From: a virus
Strand: one strand, 5' to 3'
DNA length: 64,000 nucleotides
Virus record (IMG/VR): IMGVR_UViG_3300021197_001350
Span: 10,398 to 74,397 of that record
The notes beneath the pieces are model-generated. The model ran no database searches. It saw nothing but the letters and a program-made list of their open reading frames with translations, and was not told the origin of the DNA. The position numbers were made by a program, and so were the translations under genes. Positions 56,904 to 64,000 of this stretch are shown here, piece after piece. Positions within the stretch are counted from its first letter, which is position 1. Each line of letters starts with the position of its first letter.

Positions 56904-57814
56904 TGGGAGATAAGATAGATAACAATGAACCTGAGTGGCCTTGGGGTTTCTTTAACACCGAGTATAGGGAATGGGCAGAGCATAATCGTGCTGCCAATAC
57001 AGCTGAGTCACAAGGTAGTGCAATTAAAAAATGGATATCCGAATACCTAGATGTAAGGCATAAGCTTAATGATATTAAGCCAGAAGATGTTAGCAAGTAT
57101 ATCAATGCTAATGATGGCGTTGGTTTATCACAGCGTAAGTTTAGGCTTGCTTCTGTCAGTTCGTTCCTGTCGTTGGCTAAGTCTCGTGGGTACTGCAAGG
57201 GTAATGTAGCTGAAAAGCTCAGGGTAAACATGAAGAAGCTTACGACCAAGCAAAAGGAGAAGAGACTAAAGATTCCTTTTTCAAGGAAGGAGTTTCAGTA
57301 TGTGCAACTTCACTTACATGATATGCAGCATCGTGGAAACAATAGGTTCTGGCACTATGCAACTACTCTGTCTTATTGGACGGGGCTTAGGTTGATAGAT
57401 TGCGCAAGCTTGGAGTGGGAGGATGTGATGGCTGTCGATGATCACTTGGTTGTGTGGACAGCTAAGGCAGGTGATAAGAATCATGCAAGGGTTGCCCTTC
57501 CGTTAAAGCATGAGATGCTTGGTAGTGGTCAGCTTATTGATGTGTTTAATGGATTGCTTGATCTGTATGACCCAGAGTGTCCACACATCTGGCCTAAGCA
57601 GGAGATGATGATGAACGATGTAAAGAAAAGATCGCTATTACCTCAAGAGTATATCCGCAATCTGAGAAGGATTAAGATCATGGATAAATCTTTTCACTGC
57701 CTTCGTCATTCATTTGTTACTCGACTTCGCAAGAACAAGGTATCACTTGAGGACATCGGCAAGTTAGTTGCACATACTTCGACAGGAACCACAGAGGTAT
57801 ACGACCATGCATGA
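56903..57814 (+). CDS. Tyrosine recombinase/integrase family protein
   Basis: TGLRLID, K, HCLRH, AH, catalytic Y in EVYDH. Confidence 0.92.
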   Translation: MGDKIDNNEPEWPWGFFNTEYREWAEHNRAANTAESQGSAIKKWISEYLDVRHKLNDIKPEDVSKYINANDGVGLSQRKFRLASVSSFLSLAKSRGYCKGNVAEKLRVNMKKLTTKQKEKRLKIPFSRKEFQYVQLHLHDMQHRGNNRFWHYATTLSYWTGLRLIDCASLEWEDVMAVDDHLVVWTAKAGDKNHARVALPLKHEMLGSGQLIDVFNGLLDLYDPECPHIWPKQEMMMNDVKKRSLLPQEYIRNLRRIKIMDKSFHCLRHSFVTRLRKNKVSLEDIGKLVAHTSTGTTEVYDHA

Positions 57815-58013
57815 TGAAGATTTAATGGAGCAGGCACTGCACTGCTTTGAAAAGAGAGCAAGGCGTAAGTTCTTGCAAGGAGTAAAAGAACATAATCCAG
57901 ATGGCAATAAAGGACTTGAGAAGATGACGCTCAAACAAAAGGTTCAAGCTTGTCAGGAGGAAGTTATGGACTTGTGGTTTTACTTAGCCTCTATAGAACA
58001 AGAGGACGAATAA
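57807..58013 (+). CDS. Small all-alpha NTP-pyrophosphatase-like protein
   Basis: KFLQGVKEH...QEEVMDLWFYL. Confidence 0.5.
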   Translation: MHDEDLMEQALHCFEKRARRKFLQGVKEHNPDGNKGLEKMTLKQKVQACQEEVMDLWFYLASIEQEDE

Positions 58014-58246
58014 CTTTCGGTGTAAAGATGCAGGAGCATAACAAACAAGTACGACTGACACGGGGTGTGTTCCTCCGAACGAACAAGATATTGCATCCTA
58101 GAAGGGATAAAGCGTGTAAGGTTTTCTTATTTTCTCCTTACTAAGCCCAACCTGCTTGATGCTCTTGTATCTGTAGCCGACATTACAACAGGGAGTATGT
58201 ATTGCTCCCTGCCTCTCCCTCTGTCAGGAGGGAGGGGAAACTTTTT
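58014..58246 (+). ncRNA. Structured intergenic element E, ending in terminator-like hairpins
   Basis: ACAAGA..GCATC/GATGC..TCTTGT, GTAAGG/CCTTAC, CAGGGAGTA/TGCTCCCTG, CCTCTCCCTC/GAGGGAGGGG then a T-run. Confidence 0.45.
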
Positions 58247-58250
58247 AAGA

Positions 58251-58396
58251 CTCCGCTAACCCCTTGGAGGTGGACAGCGTGGTTCAGTGCTGTGAAAGGA
58301 TATACCAGCCGCTCGGTGAGTAGACCATAAGCGATCCAAGTTGGGGGATCTCATATGAAAGATGAACGACTCAACTACCAATCAGTAGCGGGAGCT
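58251..58396 (+). ncRNA. Structured element F (~145 nt multibranch)
   Basis: CTCCGCTA/TAGCGGGAG closing stem; ACAGC/GCTGT, CGCT/AGCG, GATCC/GGATC, TCAT/ATGA. Confidence 0.5.
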
Positions 58397-58417
58397 ACAT
58401 AACACCATGACATAACT

Positions 58418-58846
58418 ATGCAAACATTCTTACCTTACCCAGACTTTTACGACTCACATATGTGCCTCGATAAGAGTAGGCTGGGTAATCAAGTATATCG
58501 TGAGGGTCTCACCCTTCTCAATGGGGGGTGGGGCAATCATCCCGTATCTAAGATGTGGGTAGATTACAAACCTGCACTCGCACTGTACTGCTTAGCAGGT
58601 GCTTTAGCCATGAAGGATCGTGGCTGGTATTCTGAGGAAGTAACCAATCGATGGATGGATCGGTTCAGCAGTGTGTATAGACAGCTAGAAGAGGCAATAC
58701 CTTTTGAGTATCCACCTTGGCTAGGCAATATGCAACTGCACATGAGTCACCGATCAAACCTAATCAGGAAAGACCCTGAATGGTATGGTCAATTCAGCTG
58801 GAAGGTAGGCCCAGGATGGGACTACTGGTGGCCTAGCGTCTGTTAG
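58418..58846 (+). CDS. Pyrimidine dimer DNA glycosylase / MSMEG_6728 family protein
   Basis: MQTFLPYPDF, LD..RLG.Q..E, GW.NHP...MW, PPWLG, HMSHRSNLIRKDP, YWWP. Confidence 0.9.
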   Translation: MQTFLPYPDFYDSHMCLDKSRLGNQVYREGLTLLNGGWGNHPVSKMWVDYKPALALYCLAGALAMKDRGWYSEEVTNRWMDRFSSVYRQLEEAIPFEYPPWLGNMQLHMSHRSNLIRKDPEWYGQFSWKVGPGWDYWWPSVC

Positions 58847-59018
58847 GATTGCGAGGACTAAGCTTTGCGTTTAGTAGCTGTTGAATCCTACGCTGCTGTG
58901 CCTCGTTGTAGTTATTTTTAATAACTTCAATTAACTGCCACGGTGGAAGTTTCTTATCCACTGGCTTATCCATTTTTGGTTCATTATTGCTCATAAGTTT
59001 CTTCAGTATATTTTTCAT
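58833..59018 (-). CDS. Hypothetical protein
   Basis: 61 aa, end of the minus-strand operon. Confidence 0.45.
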   Translation of the reverse strand: MKNILKKLMSNNEPKMDKPVDKKLPPWQLIEVIKNNYNEAQQRRIQQLLNAKLSPRNPNRR

Positions 59019-59179
59019 TGTATATCAGTGCAAGGTTTTTTTATTCGCCACGGGCGAGGGGAATTGTTTCTGTTGATGTGGGTGGGGAGGGCAAGTTACA
59101 TCCTGAGTATCCCACATCCATGCTAGGGCAAGTGCATGATCGACTTCTATCTCCTCCTTGCACCCATTGATGGGTAGAT

Positions 59180-59410
59180 CTAGGGTCTGTCTAATAGCTC
59201 CTTCGATAATCGAGTATCCCTTATTATGTTCTTTACCCACACCCTGTTGTTTGTCTTTTTGTTCTCGCATATAAAACAATTAAGCTTTGCGTCATGGTAG
59301 TGCAAGACAATCCATCCCATGTCGGTAGCACATTTGCTACACACTGGGCGTGTGTCGGATTCATTTAACCAAGCAGGCCACCTATTCCACCAGGGTTCTT
59401 CTTCTACCAT
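59180..59410 (-). CDS. Small CxxC..CxxC protein
   Basis: CSKC...CFIC. Confidence 0.55.
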   Translation of the reverse strand: MVEEEPWWNRWPAWLNESDTRPVCSKCATDMGWIVLHYHDAKLNCFICENKKTNNRVWVKNIIRDTRLSKELLDRP

Positions 59411-59413
59411 AAA

Positions 59414-59995
59414 TTATGTTCCGAAAGTATACCCAAAATACTCAATGTCCTTTGCGTATTTTTCAGAAACAATCTCACGAGTCTCATCATCATAGTATTC
59501 GGTGTAATGTTTGCGGTTATCGCTTGAATTGTAATGGGGGAGTTGATGGCGAGGCATACCAATTTCATCACAAGCTATATTAAAATCCTCTTGGAGGTTT
59601 TCAAATTTACCAACAAAATCAATGTCACAAGTTTCCCCGTCTATAGATAGGTAGTTAAACTGTGGTAGGAAATCATTACGCTGCCACCCTGTCCGCTTAC
59701 TTGAGCAATAATACTTAACAAATTCAGGGAATGAACCACGAGTATCGTGTCCAGGTATGTGGGTTTTTTTTATAAAAAATGTATAATGTGATAAGATTCT
59801 ATCGAAAGGATTTCTGACAAACGAAAAAGTAAAATAATCTTTTACCATTTTATCCTTCAGTTGGCTATGCTTCCCTACATAATGTATACACATACCTTCT
59901 TTGCCTATTGTTTCTGGCATAAATAAATACTCGATACTAGACCCACCTGTCTTGGGTATATGTATGAAAACAAACTTATGCTCATGGTTAATCAT
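59414..59995 (-). CDS. Sulfotransferase family 2 protein
   Basis: FIHIPKTGGSS (5'-PSB), FVRNPFDRILSHY (3'-PB), DIEYFGY; start MINH (ATGA overlap). Confidence 0.9.
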   Translation of the reverse strand: MINHEHKFVFIHIPKTGGSSIEYLFMPETIGKEGMCIHYVGKHSQLKDKMVKDYFTFSFVRNPFDRILSHYTFFIKKTHIPGHDTRGSFPEFVKYYCSSKRTGWQRNDFLPQFNYLSIDGETCDIDFVGKFENLQEDFNIACDEIGMPRHQLPHYNSSDNRKHYTEYYDDETREIVSEKYAKDIEYFGYTFGT

Positions 59996-60738
59996 AAGCT
60001 TCTCATGATCCTTCCAAAGAGTGTGTGAGGATATCTTTCTGCCCAGCTCCAATCATTTGGCAGGTTGCTCAGCTTATTTGCGAAACTATTCCACCAATGA
60101 AGCGTAACTAAGTTATCAGGTATATCAAAGTCATCAATAAATATTTTATTGACCTGCGTACAGCCAGGTTTAAAAAAATAATCAGAAGGCAATACCTTTA
60201 TATCGTGGCCGCCAGCTTTGTGCATTTGCATTGGGAGTATTAAGGAAGCCTCACTCCAACCATCGGGATTAAAATTCGATTCGTATTTATTCCACCACTC
60301 TATAAAAAAACTTGATCGTGGTTTTGTGAGCATGATTGCATTGCAGATCTTGCTTGGATTCTCTACACCAAGCACTACATTATTATTCAGTAGATCTCCG
60401 TACGGCTTAACGCATATGGTATCAATGTCGTGGTATATTCCGCCATCCCTGCAAAGTATATCCATCCTTAGGGCATCTGCTTTATGCGCGCGTTTTTTAA
60501 TTTTCTTTTTCCCAATATATTCAGGAGTTTTTACCTGATGAAACTTAATGGGCATCTCCTTTATTAAATCCCACCATCTACCATAAGGCTCATGGCAGTA
60601 ATAAAAGTTTACTTCAATCGGTTTGTTTACCAATATTGCGGAGTACACAGACAGGTAGTGAGGAAATGAAATCTCCTCCCTTCCTGTCAATCCATATATG
60701 AAGTGAAATTTATTTGGTATTTCTTTTTTTTCTACCAT
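59992..60738 (-). CDS. Glycosyltransferase, DXD sugar-binding (GT32-like)
   Basis: IPNKFHFIY, HKADALR, GGIYHDID. Confidence 0.88.
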   Translation of the reverse strand: MVEKKEIPNKFHFIYGLTGREEISFPHYLSVYSAILVNKPIEVNFYYCHEPYGRWWDLIKEMPIKFHQVKTPEYIGKKKIKKRAHKADALRMDILCRDGGIYHDIDTICVKPYGDLLNNNVVLGVENPSKICNAIMLTKPRSSFFIEWWNKYESNFNPDGWSEASLILPMQMHKAGGHDIKVLPSDYFFKPGCTQVNKIFIDDFDIPDNLVTLHWWNSFANKLSNLPNDWSWAERYPHTLFGRIMRSL

Positions 60739-61450
60739 AAATGGTTGTGGGTGTGTTAAATAATTTAAAAAAGGTATACTCTTTTGTATGGTCAGTGTAG
60801 TTTCCAGTGGTCATCCAAACTAATTTTTCCCCCGTTTGTTTTTCATGGTTGGCAATGCTATGCTTATGTATATAACCATCAGCCGCAGCGAGCCAGTCTT
60901 TTTCATTGTACATACCATATAGCCACTTCATGGATCTTTGTGAGTATAGCCATGCCTTAGTGTTACCCTGCCCGCCAGTCAGGTCAGTTACTATATCAAG
61001 GTAGGGCTTTTCAGATATGACCTTACGCTTACACTGGGGGTCGCCTTTTTTATACCCCTTTCTTTGTAGTAAAGTTAGTATATCAGGAGGGCTATCGGGT
61101 ATACTCATCAACTCCTGAAGATCATACATCCACCCATCCCTGTATTTTAACTCATCCTCAAGTATCAATGTGTAATCATGCTCCTCACGCACCGCTCTGT
61201 CTGTAATTGCGTGGTGTGAAAGCAGGCAGCCCATCTCACCAGACGATAGAGACCACCCAGAACACCCCTTGGCATGCGAAGAAGCCCCTAATTGTTTTAT
61301 CATATATTCTGGTGGCACTTCTTCAGACTTCCATTTGGGTGGAACTATGGCATCAAAAATATTTACATCTTTATCGCTCAGCCATCTAGGGTCGATCTTG
61401 TCTCTCCTGCTTGGGTGGAGGATTAGGTAGGTATGTATTTTAAAATTCAT
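60710..61450 (-). CDS. Glycosyltransferase family 25-like
   Basis: RR...FDAI, LSSGEMGCLLSH, LILED. Confidence 0.8.
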   Translation of the reverse strand: MNFKIHTYLILHPSRRDKIDPRWLSDKDVNIFDAIVPPKWKSEEVPPEYMIKQLGASSHAKGCSGWSLSSGEMGCLLSHHAITDRAVREEHDYTLILEDELKYRDGWMYDLQELMSIPDSPPDILTLLQRKGYKKGDPQCKRKVISEKPYLDIVTDLTGGQGNTKAWLYSQRSMKWLYGMYNEKDWLAAADGYIHKHSIANHEKQTGEKLVWMTTGNYTDHTKEYTFFKLFNTPTTIYGRKKRNTK

Positions 61451-62030
61451 AACCGAACTCCTCTATGTCGTCAGCGTACACCAGCTCAATAATTCTTTTT
61501 GTTCTTTCATTATAGTATTCCCTGTATGGGTCATGGACACTCTTGTTCTTATGGGGTAGCTCGACACTAAAGTCCGAGTTAAACTTCTGCCTGTCATACT
61601 CTAACCTATACACCCTGTCCGCATAGCACTTACCTTTATGGCAGATCCATCGCATTTGAGACCACTTCCATATGTCATCATAGCATTGCAGTAATGAATA
61701 AACCACCTCCTCGAAATCCCTGTCATCAATACCCTTAGCTTTATTATAGTGATACTCAGACACTAGCCTAGCCCAAGGGTTACGAACGAAGGTTATCCTT
61801 AGTGAGTTCCAGTTGCTCTTTATTCTATCAAGGTATCTTGTTGGCTTGAAGTCTTTACGCTCCTCGAAAAGATCAAGCTGCTTCGCATATGTCTGCCTGA
61901 AGTTATCATCAAGTATAGCTGACGCTGGCGTGTGCCTCTTCTGTGGGGAATCCAATGCCTCAAGTACACTCTCACCTCCCGTCTTCGTGAGGTGCATGAA
62001 GATAACCTTATGCTTGTCTATATATATCAC
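61440..62030 (-). CDS. Sulfotransferase family 2 protein
   Basis: FMHLTKTGGES, FVRNPWARLVSEY, DIEEFGYEF. Confidence 0.88.
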   Translation of the reverse strand: MIYIDKHKVIFMHLTKTGGESVLEALDSPQKRHTPASAILDDNFRQTYAKQLDLFEERKDFKPTRYLDRIKSNWNSLRITFVRNPWARLVSEYHYNKAKGIDDRDFEEVVYSLLQCYDDIWKWSQMRWICHKGKCYADRVYRLEYDRQKFNSDFSVELPHKNKSVHDPYREYYNERTKRIIELVYADDIEEFGYEF

Positions 62031-63807
62031 TTTGCTTTACCTCCTCGATAAATCTATTCATGGTAAACCTGCCCGACTTTCTTATTTCGGATAGATACTT
62101 AGATGCTTCTTCGATATGACTGAGCAAACCATGAACCTCGCTCAGGTCATTGAAGTATAGTGGGTAGTCATCTCCAAGGTACTCTCGTACTGCAGGATGA
62201 TCCTTAACTACAATAGGAACCTCTCTTTGGATGCACTCAAGCACTGTATTGTTTGCACTAGTATCCCATAGATCTAGCAGTACAACTGAGTTGCATAATA
62301 GATTATCATAATCTTCGTTGGATAAATTATACTGGTGATCTATCTCGGGCAGTTGGATATTCAGTTGGTCTACCTCAAGGTTAAGTCTTTCATTTACATA
62401 CTGTATAGGCTTACTATCTTTCTTGTAAGGCCACAGCTTAATCTTCGCCCATCCTTTTGGAACCTGCACTGTATATATTGATGACTGCTTTCTCAGCCAC
62501 CAACCAATGCTAACTAATTGATTGGCGTTCCCCCTCCATTTGGCAACATCCTCATCAGGGTATGGGTGTAGTATAGACTCAAAGGTTTTACCTGGATACC
62601 TTTCCCTTAGTCCCTGTGCATGATACTCAGACATGGTGTATATACCAATGCAAGACTCAAGGCTTTCCTCAAATAGCTTGTCGTCATTGCCGTCCCATGC
62701 TGGCTTGTACCAGTCAGGCATATTGTGCGGGTTATGTATGAAGCCAACCCAAGGTTCAGTAATTGGTATATGGTTATGCTTCTCATTCTTAAATCTAAAC
62801 CAATCGAATACACTCTCAATAAAAGTCTCACAGTAAACACCACTGTCATTATGAAGTGGTTGCATTGCTTCAAGAACTTTCAACCACCCTCCTCTGTGTG
62901 TCTTTAGTGCAGGCTGATGCCCTAAATTAAACTTACCATCAGGGTGTGATTTACTGAATATAGCTTCGCAGTTACCCCAGTCATCTTTTGTTTCAGTCGT
63001 TTCTATGCTGTGCTTATCCTTATTGTTGACCCACCTGCTATCCTTGGTGTCGATTTTCATATCCTTAATAAAACTAAGTATATCTTCTGGCAATCGCTTG
63101 AGCCACCAGTCCCTGCGCTTATCATATCTATTCTTAAGCTGAGCAAATGCATGGCTGTATGTCGCGGGATCAAAGTGTTGGTGTATAGATATGGCGAGGT
63201 CGGGATGAAATCCATTCCTCCATATACCTATGTTGTGCTGCTTGCTAAACTTTCCGCAGTCAAAATTCTCGGTGAGTAAAGCTATGCACTCCTGCTCATA
63301 GAACCTTGACCGATTGGTATACAACCATCTCCACCTGTCAGGAAGGTATGGGTCTTCAGTAAACAGATAGCCTGCGTTGAACCCCCCGTATTTATCTGAT
63401 GACTCCTGGCTTCCGTAGTGAGGGGAAAGCATATTCGGGTAGTTGATTTCATAATCAAAATCCCTGAGAAAAAGAATATCAGAGTCTACAAACATAGTGT
63501 TGTCACACTCATTGATGGCCCACTGCATGGCATCCATCTTCTTTAGTATTATATCGGAGCGATGAAATGTATTCTTTTCTTTTACGATAACCTTCTGCAG
63601 CTGCTCAGGGTTGGCTTCTCTTTTTGTTATTACATTAGGGAATCTAAACTGCCTAAGGTAATTTGCTACAATATCATCACACACCAACAGGATCGGGCAT
63701 TGGTATCCCGCCCTTCTTATTGAGTATATCAGTAGGGCAACCTCTTTCTCGCAAGGATGCGTGCCAACTAAGCTAAACGATTTTACTCCCCGCAATTTCT
63801 CTCGCAT
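62008..63807 (-). CDS. Two-domain glycosyltransferase (GT-A plus GT-B-like)
   Basis: N-terminal MFVDSD and FNAGYL; C-terminal DTSANNTVLECI...HPAVREYLGDDYPLYF. Confidence 0.75.
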   Translation of the reverse strand: MREKLRGVKSFSLVGTHPCEKEVALLIYSIRRAGYQCPILLVCDDIVANYLRQFRFPNVITKREANPEQLQKVIVKEKNTFHRSDIILKKMDAMQWAINECDNTMFVDSDILFLRDFDYEINYPNMLSPHYGSQESSDKYGGFNAGYLFTEDPYLPDRWRWLYTNRSRFYEQECIALLTENFDCGKFSKQHNIGIWRNGFHPDLAISIHQHFDPATYSHAFAQLKNRYDKRRDWWLKRLPEDILSFIKDMKIDTKDSRWVNNKDKHSIETTETKDDWGNCEAIFSKSHPDGKFNLGHQPALKTHRGGWLKVLEAMQPLHNDSGVYCETFIESVFDWFRFKNEKHNHIPITEPWVGFIHNPHNMPDWYKPAWDGNDDKLFEESLESCIGIYTMSEYHAQGLRERYPGKTFESILHPYPDEDVAKWRGNANQLVSIGWWLRKQSSIYTVQVPKGWAKIKLWPYKKDSKPIQYVNERLNLEVDQLNIQLPEIDHQYNLSNEDYDNLLCNSVVLLDLWDTSANNTVLECIQREVPIVVKDHPAVREYLGDDYPLYFNDLSEVHGLLSHIEEASKYLSEIRKSGRFTMNRFIEEVKQSDIYRQA

Positions 63808-63997
63808 AAGTTACGGCTTCCTCTAGGTTAGAATATTGTTTAACTTCCGTGGGTTCAAGTTCGTAAGTGTGGGGATCTGTCTTCTTATATGTAGTCACAT
63901 TCCAATTTTGGGACTCAAAGTGTAGGTCAATGTTAACCTCATTCTCGCCTGTAACTTTTATATTAAACTGATTACATTTAATCTTTGGGGTCATCAT
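63773..63997 (-). CDS. Hypothetical protein
   Basis: 74 aa at the window edge. Confidence 0.5.
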   Translation of the reverse strand: MMTPKIKCNQFNIKVTGENEVNIDLHFESQNWNVTTYKKTDPHTYELEPTEVKQYSNLEEAVTYAREIAGSKIV

Positions 63998-64000
63998 CAG

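Overview
This window is most of a tailed dsDNA phage genome with a podovirus-like layout. The host cannot be determined from the sequence. It has five blocks. (1) 1-36005, minus strand, virion and packaging genes: terminases, portal, scaffold, major capsid, tail parts, internal virion proteins and a giant (>=3125 aa) polyvalent protein. That protein runs off the left edge and is missing from the ORF track; it carries two HExxH metallopeptidase motifs and an ART-PolyVal-like ADP-ribosyltransferase. (2) 36096-40876, plus strand, recombination and replication: Sak/DUF1071, Cas4-like exonuclease, RusA-like, initiator, DnaB, SSB-like. (3) 40933-42315, minus strand, nucleases and small ORFs. (4) 42500-58846, plus strand, early/middle region: many small ORFs, a MoxR/CobS-type AAA+ with a vWA-like partner, a ligase-type nucleotidyltransferase, a SNF2 helicase, a tyrosine recombinase and a DNA glycosylase. 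(5) 58833-64000, minus strand, a glycosyltransferase and sulfotransferase cluster. The most notable unexplained structures are three. First, a ~1.45 kb array of large, densely folded, plus-strand RNA-like modules (43727-45190) separated by a repeated ATTTACTTTT(GA) linker, with a second structured block at 58014-58396. Second, two 21-bp-spaced ATGACAGCC repeat pairs heading the early transcription units. Third, a RusA resolvase whose N-terminal and catalytic halves are encoded in two different, fully overlapping reading frames. All family calls come from motif recognition by eye; no searches or folding programs were run.
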